A stretch of 64,000 nucleotides of DNA from an uncultured Desulfobacteraceae bacterium (GTDB lineage: Bacteria; Desulfobacterota; Desulfobacteria; Desulfobacterales; UBA11574), in NCBI GenBank assembly GCA_964591175.1, contig CAZQAF010000003.1, forward strand, positions 8,514 to 72,513, written 5' to 3'. Position numbers and translations under genes: made by a program. Of this stretch, positions 17,611-26,445 are shown in pieces. Numbering within the stretch: the stretch's first letter is position 1; each line of letters begins with the position of its first letter. The notes under the pieces are model-generated. The model worked only from the letters and a program-made list of their open reading frames with translations. It was not told where the DNA came from and did no database searches.

Positions 17611-18322
17611 AATCAACAATCTTGTGAAGGATTTCGGCGGACTGAGAGCGGTGGACACCCTAAGTCTTTCTATAAAACAAGGAGAGATCCTGGGCATGAT
17701 CGGTCCCAACGGCGCCGGAAAGTCCACGGCTTTCAATTGTATCGCAGGGGTCTATGCCCCGACAAAAGGCGATATTTTTTTTACCGGCAAAAAGATCAAC
17801 GGGGTTAAGCCCTGGAACCTTTGTAAAAACGGACTGGCCCGGACCTTTCAGATCGTCAAGCCATTCAAATCAAAAAGCGTGCTGTATAACGTGATGGTGG
17901 GAAGTTTTACAAAGACGGATAAGGCCTCTATCGCCGAGGAAAAGGCGTTAAAAGTTTTACAGTTTCTTAATTTTGAAGATAAAAAAAACGAAAGGGCCGG
18001 CAATCTGACCATTGCCGATCGCAAACGTTTAGAGATCGCCCGTGCGCTTGCCACCGAGCCCAAGCTTCTGCTGTTCGATGAAGTAATGGCAGGCCTCAGA
18101 CCTAACGAAGTTGACGAAATGGTCAAAATTATCAAAAATCTTCGGTCTCAGGGAATCACCATTTTCGTGATTGAACACATTATGCGCGCCATCATGGCCC
18201 TTTCGGACCGGATCGTGGTAATCCATTTTGGGAAGAAAATTGCTGAAGGTTCTCCCCAGGAGGTGGCCTCGGACGAAAATGTGATCAAAGCCTATCTGGG
18301 AGATGAATATGTCGTTTCTTGA
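17597..18322 (+). CDS. ABC transporter ATP-binding protein (LivG-like)
   Basis: Walker A is GPNGAGKST. I prefer the start MNILEINNLVKDFGG at 17597, which overlaps the livM-like end. Confidence 0.85.
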   Translation: MNILEINNLVKDFGGLRAVDTLSLSIKQGEILGMIGPNGAGKSTAFNCIAGVYAPTKGDIFFTGKKINGVKPWNLCKNGLARTFQIVKPFKSKSVLYNVMVGSFTKTDKASIAEEKALKVLQFLNFEDKKNERAGNLTIADRKRLEIARALATEPKLLLFDEVMAGLRPNEVDEMVKIIKNLRSQGITIFVIEHIMRAIMALSDRIVVIHFGKKIAEGSPQEVASDENVIKAYLGDEYVVS

Positions 18323-19019
18323 GGTGAAAAATATCGATGTGTTTTATGGAGATGTCCAAGTCATTTTTGATCTTTCCCTTGAAATCGTAGAAGGCGAAGT
18401 GGTCAGCATCATCGGCGGCAACGGCGCCGGCAAATCAACGCTTTTAAAAACCATTTCCGGATTGATGAATCCGGCAAAAGGAGAAATCGTATTTGAAGAC
18501 ACCCCCATTCAAACTGCTCCTCCCGAAGATATCGTTGAGCGCGGAATTATACAGGTGCCTGAAGGACGGCGACTGTTTACCTTAATGTCCGTGAAAGACA
18601 ACCTGATCATCGGAGCCTACAACAGCCGTGCCGAAAAAAATGTGGTGTCAACCATGGAAGAAGTCTATTCTCTGTTGCCGAAACTAAAAGAAAGGGAATC
18701 TCAGCTGGCCATGACCCTGTCAGGAGGTGAACAGCAGATGGTAGCTATCGGCCGGGGTCTAATGGCCAGACCGAAGTTGTTGATGCTTGATGAACCTTCG
18801 TTGGGACTTGCTCCGATTCTAATAAAAGACATTTTCCAAACGGTACAGAAGATTGCAGCCCAGGGCACCACAGTGCTTTTAGTTGAACAGGATGTTAAAC
18901 ATTCACTAAGTTTGAGTGATCGCGGATATGTGATAGAGCATGGTCGCATTGCCATGGAAGGTCCGGCTAAAGATCTGCTGGATGACCCTCATATCAAAAC
19001 AGCCTATCTGGGGATGTAA
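18303..19019 (+). CDS. ABC transporter ATP-binding protein (LivF-like)
   Basis: Walker A is GGNGAGKST, the signature is LSGGEQQ, and Walker B is LLMLDEPS. Confidence 0.85.
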   Translation: MNMSFLEVKNIDVFYGDVQVIFDLSLEIVEGEVVSIIGGNGAGKSTLLKTISGLMNPAKGEIVFEDTPIQTAPPEDIVERGIIQVPEGRRLFTLMSVKDNLIIGAYNSRAEKNVVSTMEEVYSLLPKLKERESQLAMTLSGGEQQMVAIGRGLMARPKLLMLDEPSLGLAPILIKDIFQTVQKIAAQGTTVLLVEQDVKHSLSLSDRGYVIEHGRIAMEGPAKDLLDDPHIKTAYLGM

Positions 19020-19070
19020 GCCCAAAAGGAAAAAGAAAAGAGGATATAAGGAAAACCACGGATGACCACG

Positions 19071-19108
19071 AATTAACACAAATAAAAATAATGTTATTTG
19101 TGTTAATT
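19071..19108. promoter_or_regulatory. Perfect 14-nt inverted repeat between the livF-like gene and the AOR gene (operator or weak terminator)
   Basis: AATTAACACAAATA-N10-TATTTGTGTTAATT lies 52 nt after the livF-like stop and 28 nt before the AOR ATG. Confidence 0.3.
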
Positions 19109-19135
19109 TGCGGTTATTTATTTAAGGTGAAAACC

Positions 19136-20917
19136 ATGCATGGATTTTATGGAAAAATTCTAAAAATCGATTTGAATAAAGAAACGTATCGCATCTCTCC
19201 GATAGATGACCATATCCTGAAAGCCAATCTTGGCGGAAGAGGGCTTGCCACCGATCTGCTGCTCCGCTACAACCCGCCGGGCGTGGATCCGTTGAGCCCA
19301 GAAAACCATTTGATATTTGCCATCGGCCCGATGACCGGGAGCGCGATTTGGGGTTCCTGCCGTCACGGGGTATTCACAAAATCTCCCCAGACCGGCTTTT
19401 TTTCCGAATCTTATTCGGGAGGAACCGTGGCCGAACACATGAGTGCTTCAGGATTCGATGCCGTCGTGATCAGCGGCGCCGCCCAAAGGCCGGTTTGGAT
19501 AGAGATTGGAGAAGAAAAAGCGTTCTTTCATCCGGCCGAGGATCTCTGGGGAAAAGACACGTATGAAACAGAAGACCGCGTCAAGGCGTGGATCAAACAA
19601 CATCGCCCGGAAACCAAAAAATGCGGGGTGGTCTGCATCGGGCCGGCCGGCGAAAACAAGGTCAGCTTTGCGGTTCTCGAAAACGATTATTGGCGCAGTG
19701 CCGGCCGAACCGGTGTGGGGGCCGTAGCAGGTTCAAAAAGTATCAAAGCCATTGCCTTTTGGGGAAAACGGAAAAAGGAATTTGCCGATATCGACGGGAT
19801 GAAAGATTTCGCCAAATCAACGGCGCAGCGGTCAAAGGACGATGCCGGTGTAAAGGCTTACAAAAACATGGGTACGCCCATGCTGGTGGATATCATGAAC
19901 AAGGCCGGCGGATTTCCCACCCGGTACTGGAAAAAGGGTCAATTTGAACATGCCGATAAAATTAATGCCGGCGCCCTTCACCAAAGATGCAACGTTCAAG
20001 CCCATGCATGCCTGAAGTGTTTCATGGCCTGCGGTCGGCTCTCCACCATCAAAGAAGGAAGACACAAAGGACTTGAAATTGAAGGGCCGGAGTATGAAAC
20101 CATTTACGCGTTCGGCGGTCTGTGCGAAATCGACAGTATTGAGGAAATCGCCTATTTAAATGATATCTGCGATCGCCTCGGCATGGACACTATCAGCGGC
20201 GGCAATCTGGCGGCATTGGCCATCGAAGCTTCCCGTCAGGGAAAAGTCGATGAACCGCTGGAATTCGGCCGGGTCGATGCCGTGGCAAGGCTTTTAGAGG
20301 ATATCGCATGGCGTCGCGGTATCGGTGATATACTGGCCAGGGGAATCAAATACGCGGCCAAGGCGTGGGGCATGGAAGATCAAGCCGTTCATGTCAAAGG
20401 CCTCGAGCCGGCAGGATATGACCCTCGGGTGCTCAAAGGGATGGGGCTGGCCTATGGGACATCGCCCAGAGGCGCCTGCCACCTGCGAGCCACATTCTAC
20501 AAACCCGAACTGGCCGGGCTTATCGAACCTGACCAAATCAACGGAAAAGCCAAAATGTTTACGGAGTGGGAAGACCGTCTGACGATTTTCGATGCCCTGA
20601 TTTTGTGCCGTTTTTATCGGGACCTTTATCAGTGGGATGAACTTTCAGCCATGATTCGGACAACAACCGGCATGGATCTCACCACCCAAGGAATGCGAAC
20701 CGTTGCCGGTGATATCCTTGACAATATCAGACGGTTTAATTTAAGAGAAGGTCTCACGCCAGAAGATGATTGCATCCCAGGAAGATTTTTCAGAGAAGCG
20801 CTGCCTGAAACCGGTAAAATTATTACCGAAGATCAAATGAAACAGCTTCTAACCGACTATTATAAAGAACGCGGCTGGGATGAAAAAGGCAACCCCTTGC
20901 CATCGAACGGATCTTGA
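19136..20917 (+). CDS. aor: Aldehyde:ferredoxin oxidoreductase (tungstopterin AOR family)
   Basis: The N-terminus MHGFYGKILKIDLNKETY is typical of AOR. GGRGLATDLL, EGPEYETI and the domain order also fit. I prefer the start at 19136. Confidence 0.85.
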   Translation: MHGFYGKILKIDLNKETYRISPIDDHILKANLGGRGLATDLLLRYNPPGVDPLSPENHLIFAIGPMTGSAIWGSCRHGVFTKSPQTGFFSESYSGGTVAEHMSASGFDAVVISGAAQRPVWIEIGEEKAFFHPAEDLWGKDTYETEDRVKAWIKQHRPETKKCGVVCIGPAGENKVSFAVLENDYWRSAGRTGVGAVAGSKSIKAIAFWGKRKKEFADIDGMKDFAKSTAQRSKDDAGVKAYKNMGTPMLVDIMNKAGGFPTRYWKKGQFEHADKINAGALHQRCNVQAHACLKCFMACGRLSTIKEGRHKGLEIEGPEYETIYAFGGLCEIDSIEEIAYLNDICDRLGMDTISGGNLAALAIEASRQGKVDEPLEFGRVDAVARLLEDIAWRRGIGDILARGIKYAAKAWGMEDQAVHVKGLEPAGYDPRVLKGMGLAYGTSPRGACHLRATFYKPELAGLIEPDQINGKAKMFTEWEDRLTIFDALILCRFYRDLYQWDELSAMIRTTTGMDLTTQGMRTVAGDILDNIRRFNLREGLTPEDDCIPGRFFREALPETGKIITEDQMKQLLTDYYKERGWDEKGNPLPSNGS

Positions 20918-21090
20918 TCGCTTATCTTCTGTTCAATAAAACGGCCGTTTGGGACCCTTCAGACTGTGATGCCTTAAAATTTTATTGAATGCATCATAAA
21001 ATGCATTATTTTCTTGTATAAAAAATAAAGTTGAATTAATAGAGATATGCTTGAATTAAAAAGTATTTAAAGGAGGATTTATGGACGTTG

Positions 21091-21501
21091 ATGAAAAATC
21101 TGACAGCTGCAAAAAAGACGGAAAACATAAAGGAGTTTTGTATACGTGACGGAGCGTTGAAGTATGCCGGCATCCACCTTCTTATAGAACTTTGGCAGGC
21201 CAGGCATTTGACCGATTCGTCACGTATCCGGGAAATCCTTATCAAATCCATTGAAACGTGCGGGGCAACCTTGCTCGGCATCGATCTTCATGTCTTCTCA
21301 CCCAATGGCGGTATTTCAGGCGTAGCCATTTTACAAGAATCCCACATGAGCATACACACTTGGCCGGAATATGAATATGCAGCCATCGATATTTTTGTCT
21401 GCGGCACCATCGATCCATATTTGGCCCTGCCTATACTGGAACAAGGGTTTCAGTCTAAAAGAACTGAAATTCAGGAAATCAAGCGGGGGATCTTAAAATG
21501 A
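21091..21501 (+). CDS. speH: S-adenosylmethionine decarboxylase proenzyme (class 1, SpeH-type, pyruvoyl)
   Basis: GIHLLIELW and LQESHMSIHTWPEYEYAAIDIFVCG carry the ES self-cleavage site and the HTWPE motif. Confidence 0.85.
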   Translation: MKNLTAAKKTENIKEFCIRDGALKYAGIHLLIELWQARHLTDSSRIREILIKSIETCGATLLGIDLHVFSPNGGISGVAILQESHMSIHTWPEYEYAAIDIFVCGTIDPYLALPILEQGFQSKRTEIQEIKRGILK

Positions 21502-22352
21502 CGGAACACGTTCAATGGGTGGGTGAAAAATGGAAAAATGTTGAAACGCGGTATCGCATTAAAGCGTTCCTTTATGAGGGAAAAAGCGAGCTCCAACATA
21601 TTCAACTGGTGGATACCCATGAGTACGGCAAAATGCTGCTGTTGGACGGAATCGTACAAACGACTGAAAAAGATGAGTTTTTTTATCATGAAATGATGGT
21701 TCACATTCCGATGCTGTCCCATCCGGCTCCCGAACAGATACTGATCATCGGCGGCGGGGACGGCGGTGTTCTTCGCGAGGTGCTACGCCATCCGCAAGTG
21801 GAAAAAGCGGTCATGGTTGAAATTGACGCCAACGTGGTCGATTTTTCCAAAAGATATCTTCCTTCCATCAATAACGGCGCCTTTGAAGACAAACGAGCAG
21901 AACTTGTTTTTGCCGACGGGGCTGAATATGTTGAAAAAACGGACGGCACCTTTGACGTGATTATCGTTGATTCTCCGGATCCCATAGGCCCCGCCCGAGT
22001 CCTTTTTTCTGATAAGTTTTATTTTCATATTCGCCGGCGGTTGACTCCCGACGGCATTATGGTCCGCCAGACCGGTTCACTTCAGATACAGGCCGATGAA
22101 CAGAAACAGGCTTACAACGTTTTGAATAACATGTTTACCCATGTTGCTTTCTATGTCTATTGTGTCCCAACTTACATCGGAGGTCTTTTTTCATCGGTCT
22201 TCTGCTCCGAGAACATTGACCCGAAAAACATTTGCCTCGATGAAATTCAGACCAAAGTCAACAACATTTCCCTTGAAACGACTTACTACAACCCCGGAAT
22301 TCATATCGGATCGTTTCATCTTCCTGAATTTTTTAAAAACCGTCTAAAATAA
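21498..22352 (+). CDS. speE: Spermidine synthase / aminopropyltransferase
   Basis: QHIQLVDTHEYGKMLLLDG, DEFFYHEMM, IIGGGDGGVLREV and DSPDPIGPA are present. It overlaps the speH stop by 4 nt. Confidence 0.9.
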   Translation: MTEHVQWVGEKWKNVETRYRIKAFLYEGKSELQHIQLVDTHEYGKMLLLDGIVQTTEKDEFFYHEMMVHIPMLSHPAPEQILIIGGGDGGVLREVLRHPQVEKAVMVEIDANVVDFSKRYLPSINNGAFEDKRAELVFADGAEYVEKTDGTFDVIIVDSPDPIGPARVLFSDKFYFHIRRRLTPDGIMVRQTGSLQIQADEQKQAYNVLNNMFTHVAFYVYCVPTYIGGLFSSVFCSENIDPKNICLDEIQTKVNNISLETTYYNPGIHIGSFHLPEFFKNRLK

Positions 22353-22385
22353 GAAAATTTCTTGGCTTATCGAAGGAATTTTGGC

Positions 22386-22751
22386 ATGTCTTCTGAAACT
22401 AAATTTGGATGGGAGCTGATCTTGGATCTTTATGATTGCGATCCAACAGCGATTTCAAGCGAAAAAAAGATCCGACGGTATGCAAGCGCGCTGTGCGACC
22501 TGCTGGGCATGAAACCCTATGGGGACCCGATAACACCGTATTTCGGTGAAAATCAATTGCATACCAAAGGATATTCACTGGTGCAGTTCATTGAAACCAG
22601 TTCCGTCGTCGGCCATTTTTCAGAATATAACAACGCCGTTTATATCAACATATTCTCCTGTAAAGCCTATGACGCAGAAGATGCGGAAAGATTTACAAAA
22701 GCATTTTTCGGCGCCGCAAGTGTCAAATCGAGATTCATCGTTCGGGAGTAG
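22386..22751 (+). CDS. Divergent AdoMetDC-family (pyruvoyl) protein; candidate neofunctionalised amino-acid decarboxylase
   Basis: GWELILDLYDC and GYSLVQFIETSSVVGHFSE match the AdoMetDC fold pattern, but ETSS replaces ESH and GHFSE replaces HTWPE. The ATG at 22386 has a GAAGGAA RBS. Confidence 0.65.
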   Translation: MSSETKFGWELILDLYDCDPTAISSEKKIRRYASALCDLLGMKPYGDPITPYFGENQLHTKGYSLVQFIETSSVVGHFSEYNNAVYINIFSCKAYDAEDAERFTKAFFGAASVKSRFIVRE

Positions 22752-22802
22752 ACCAAAGCAGATAAAACGTTTAAAGAGACACCCCAAACCGAGCGTTTAT
22801 TA

Positions 22803-22933
22803 AAAGCCATCTCAAAAATGTCTTTTCGTCCGATATCGGCGTTGAGTCCTCGACATATTTGTGTATGTCTGCGGGTTGATCCTCGGCCTCGTCTTGATCT
22901 CGACCGAAAATCCTATTTTTGAGATGGCTTCTA
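22803..22933 (-). repeat. MITE-like palindromic repeat, copy 3 (~131 nt, interior inverted relative to copies 1 and 2)
   Basis: Termini are aaagccatctcaaaaat and atttttgagatggcttc. The reverse complement of the interior matches copy 1 nearly base for base. It lies between the convergent AdoMetDC-like and GT4 genes. Confidence 0.85.
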
Positions 22934-24187
22934 GTCAATCCCAAAGAAATTTATCAGGATGGCGCTTAACCATCGGCGCAGGAGTGAATAGGAATAGTGA
23001 CGTTTGGCTGTTTCATAATTATGATTGACCATTTTTCCCTTTGTTTGAGGCGAATTTAAAATTTCTCTGACCTGTTGAACATTTTTTCTGGTAAGGAATC
23101 CGTCCATCACAACCAGATCAAATCCTTTGGGCTCGATGTCCCTGATAAATGTTGAATATCGGTTGATCAATATGGGTTTTTTAAAATAAACCGCTTCAAG
23201 AAACGCGTTGCCGAAACCTTCGTAAAGACTGGGGTAGGTAATAAAATCGGCATGGGGATAAATATCCCAGAGCGAAGGATTCGAATTGGTGCCCGATTGA
23301 GAATTCAACGGATCCGATACCCGAGTTTTCACCAGCCTCAAATCCACACCGCGTGTCCGTGCGGTTTCCAAGAGCCATTCGGAATATTCGTATCCCTCGT
23401 CTCCGGCTTCATGGGAAATAACCAGCTTGTATTGAGGATCTTTCAGGCCTTCAATCAATTCAATGGCATGCTCGATTCCCTTTCGCTGGACAATGCGGGT
23501 CGGCTGCAAAATGATATGATCTGTAGGGCCGAGATCCAAAGAATTTCTAAAAGCCGCGGTTTGGTCGGCGTCTATATCGGGCGGATTATCAAAGTCCAGT
23601 ACATTGGGAATGATCGTAGATGAAATCCCCGTTCGAAGCGCCAGTTCTTCCTGAGCCGCCGAGTTGATCACCACATGCTCGATATTATACAAGTTAGGCG
23701 GAAATGCCATGCGCAGGTAATCCCCCACGGCGTTGACGAAAAACCGCGTTCTTTCCCAATAGAAATCATGGTGGTGGGCAATGGTAGGAATCTGCGTTTC
23801 AGCGATAATTTCGGTTAATGCAATTCCCAATGGAATGTGCAGCGGTATGGTGAGTACATTCTGAGCGATGAGAAGATCCAGACCGAATTGCGAAATAAAT
23901 TCCTGAATCCTTTTTTTTAATAGTACTTTTAATTCGTAAATGGTTTCTGTTACGATAGAATTTCGTTCTTTGTGTCCGAATATTTGGTCATTGATCCACA
24001 GGTTTTTCTCGAATTTAAAATGGGCTTCGGGAACCAGTAAACTTCTGTTCGGATCCCTGTCCAATTCACCGGCAAACCAAAAACAATTATGCCCTTTTTG
24101 TTTGAGAACTGTCGACCATTTGCTGGCTTCCATGGTAACACCGTCGGTGCCTGAAAAGCGCGTGGAAATAAAGCCGATATTTTTCAT
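22931..24187 (-). CDS. Glycosyltransferase family 4 (GT-B fold)
   Basis: 418-aa ORF. The N-terminus GFISTRFSGTDGVTMEASKW and the C-terminal EGFGNAFLEA are GT4 retaining-transferase signatures. The sugar specificity is not recognisable. Confidence 0.7.
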   Translation of the reverse strand: MKNIGFISTRFSGTDGVTMEASKWSTVLKQKGHNCFWFAGELDRDPNRSLLVPEAHFKFEKNLWINDQIFGHKERNSIVTETIYELKVLLKKRIQEFISQFGLDLLIAQNVLTIPLHIPLGIALTEIIAETQIPTIAHHHDFYWERTRFFVNAVGDYLRMAFPPNLYNIEHVVINSAAQEELALRTGISSTIIPNVLDFDNPPDIDADQTAAFRNSLDLGPTDHIILQPTRIVQRKGIEHAIELIEGLKDPQYKLVISHEAGDEGYEYSEWLLETARTRGVDLRLVKTRVSDPLNSQSGTNSNPSLWDIYPHADFITYPSLYEGFGNAFLEAVYFKKPILINRYSTFIRDIEPKGFDLVVMDGFLTRKNVQQVREILNSPQTKGKMVNHNYETAKRHYSYSLLRRWLSAILINFFGID

Positions 24188-24475
24188 AATAAACGATTTT
24201 TCTGCGATCCGGTAACCGGGTTTATATTTTTAGTTGAAAGATAGTATAATATTAACAATTCATTTTTCAACCCTTTGATATTGAAAAGATCGTGAATTAT
24301 CGAAATATGAAACATCAAATCGTATGTTTTATCTTCAAGATGCTGAAAAAATCCGTGTTTTGATATTAAAAGGGATATCAACTATTGACATTTTGAGAAA
24401 AATAGCGATAAAGGCCCCATAGTTATAAGTAAGGAAATATTTTAACGGCGTCATGTTTTTCGCGAGTCGATCAGA

Positions 24476-25870
24476 ATGAAATCGATACTTTTTTTCACCT
24501 CAAATCAAGATCAACATAAAGCCATTCGGAAAATTCTGAACTCCGGGTACAAAATAGATCACGCACAAGGCTTGGAACAAGCACTGGGTCTGTTTGGTGA
24601 AAAGCGATACGATATTGTTTTAGTCGCCATAGAAGCATTGCGCTCCGAAACCACCAATGGTTACACGGATACACTTCATCGTTTCTGGGATATTTATCCA
24701 TCCGTTGAAGTCATTGTTGTCTCCGCCCAGGACACCATACGAGATGCCGTCATCGCCGTAAAGGCGGGCGCCAGCGACTACCTGACCTTTCCCTTTAATC
24801 CCGAAGAGGTCAAGCATACCATTGAAAATTTACATGAATTCCTTATCGTTCAGTCGGAGCTGGATTATCTCAGGGATAAATTCTGGAAATCCGACACATT
24901 AGAACTTGTTCAAACCAGAAGTCCTCAAATGAAGCTGGTTTTTGACAAGGTACGTTCCGTCGCTCCCACCAGAAGCACGGTCTTGATTATCGGAGAAACC
25001 GGGACAGGAAAAGGGGTATTGGCGAAACTGATTCACAGACACAGCCATCGAATGAATGAAAAGTTTATCAGCTTACACTGCGGTGCAATCCCGGACAACC
25101 TTATTGAAAGCGAGCTATTCGGGCATGAAAAAGGGGCGTTTACCGGTGCAATAAGACGCAAACTCGGCAAATTTGAAATTGCTAAAGGGGGGACCATATT
25201 TCTCGATGAAATCGGAACGATTTCTCCGGCATCACAAATAAAAATCTTACAGGTACTTCAAGACGGTATCTTCGAACGCGTGGGAGGGGAAGAAATTATC
25301 CGGTCGAATGTGAGAATAATTGCTGCTACCAACATGAATCTTAAAGCAATGTGTGAGCAAGGAACGTTCAGAAAGGATCTTTATTACAGGCTGAATGTTT
25401 TTCCCATCGAAATTCCGACGCTTACGGAAAGGAGGGAGGACATCCCTTATCTCGCGGAAATATTTTTAAAAAAAATGAACAAATTTCATCAAAAAAATAT
25501 TCACGGCATACATCCACGGATAATAGAGGCGTTTAATAAATACACCTGGCCGGGCAACATCAGAGAACTGGAAAATCTCGTGGAACGCGCCTATATATTG
25601 GAAACGACGCATATGCTTACCCCGGAAAGCTTTCCCGGCGAATTGTTTGATGCCGATGAAGCGTCAACCCATTTAAAAGTCAGCACTTCTTTTACTCTGG
25701 AAGAGGTAAGGCGAAAGGCAATCGAAAATGTCGAAAGGCTGTATCTTAAGGAAATCCTCACTCAAAAAAACGGAAAAATAAAAGATACCGCAGAAATCGC
25801 CGGCATAAGCCCTCGCCAATTAAACAAGCTGATGAAAAAACACAGGCTTCGAAAAGAAGCGTTTAAATAA
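24476..25870 (+). CDS. Sigma-54-dependent activator (NtrC family) with a degenerate, pseudo-receiver N-terminal domain
   Basis: AAA+ motifs are GETGTGKGVLAKLIH, GAFTGA and IFLDEIG. A C-terminal Fis-type HTH is present (AEIAGISPRQLNKLMKKH). The N-terminal REC-like fold lacks the acidic pair, the phospho-acceptor Asp (DIVLVAIEAL) and the conserved Lys (DYLTFPF). Confidence 0.85.
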   Translation: MKSILFFTSNQDQHKAIRKILNSGYKIDHAQGLEQALGLFGEKRYDIVLVAIEALRSETTNGYTDTLHRFWDIYPSVEVIVVSAQDTIRDAVIAVKAGASDYLTFPFNPEEVKHTIENLHEFLIVQSELDYLRDKFWKSDTLELVQTRSPQMKLVFDKVRSVAPTRSTVLIIGETGTGKGVLAKLIHRHSHRMNEKFISLHCGAIPDNLIESELFGHEKGAFTGAIRRKLGKFEIAKGGTIFLDEIGTISPASQIKILQVLQDGIFERVGGEEIIRSNVRIIAATNMNLKAMCEQGTFRKDLYYRLNVFPIEIPTLTERREDIPYLAEIFLKKMNKFHQKNIHGIHPRIIEAFNKYTWPGNIRELENLVERAYILETTHMLTPESFPGELFDADEASTHLKVSTSFTLEEVRRKAIENVERLYLKEILTQKNGKIKDTAEIAGISPRQLNKLMKKHRLRKEAFK

Positions 25871-26028
25871 CCACCCTCTGAATATACAATTTATTATCCC
25901 GATTTGCCGGAATGCCCAAAATAATACAATTTTTCATATTCCTATAGTTAAAACCTCAACACCTGCCCGGGCAAATTGGCAGATCCCATATTCGGTTCTT
26001 AAAAATTCGAAGTTTTAAAATCGAAGAA

Positions 26029-26071
26029 GAACTTTAAGTTCCGATAATTTAATTTGCGGAATTTTAAGTTC
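26029..26071. promoter_or_regulatory. Two 13-nt palindromes, candidate upstream activator sequences
   Basis: GAACTTtAAGTTC (26029-26041) is a perfect palindrome. GAAtTTtAAGTTC (26059-26071) has one mismatch. The centres are 30 bp apart and lie about 160-200 bp upstream of the sigma-54 promoter at 26227. Confidence 0.45.
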
Positions 26072-26226
26072 TTTTTATTATTCGATGTTATTTCAAACGG
26101 TTAATGTCTGTCAACGCGAATGATACCTTTAAGCGGTCTTTGCGGTTAATTTTATTGGAAGGCTTTCATTGGAATGATCATATGCTTTTTTCTTAAATAT
26201 CACTCTATTTCAATATGTTATGATTT

Positions 26227-26242
26227 TGGCACGAGGATTGCT
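26227..26242 (+). promoter_or_regulatory. Consensus sigma-54 (-24/-12) promoter
   Basis: TGGCACGaggaTTGCT is a perfect match to TGGCACG-N4-TTGCW. It lies 356 nt downstream of the sigma-54 activator gene and about 200 nt upstream of the Zn-ribbon gene. Confidence 0.75.
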
Positions 26243-26445
26243 TTTTGATTACTTTATATTGCCTATGAATGTGAAAAAAATAGTTGAAGTTGATATTCCG
26301 AGCATTATTCTTTGAGCATATCTCCGGTGAAATAGGCGCTGACCCGGTGATATGTTGCCGATTTAAACGGGTGGGCATGACTCGGGGCGGGCACAGGAAG
26401 GGGACAATAATTTTCATCTTTATCATATAGGAATCACTTAACGTC

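Noticed and set aside
26265-26315. 16-codon mini-ORF (MNVKKIVEVDIPSIIL) in the leader downstream of the sigma-54 promoter, considered as a leader peptide or attenuator.
   Set aside because: It has no Shine-Dalgarno sequence, no regulatory codon run, and no obvious alternative terminator/antiterminator structure.
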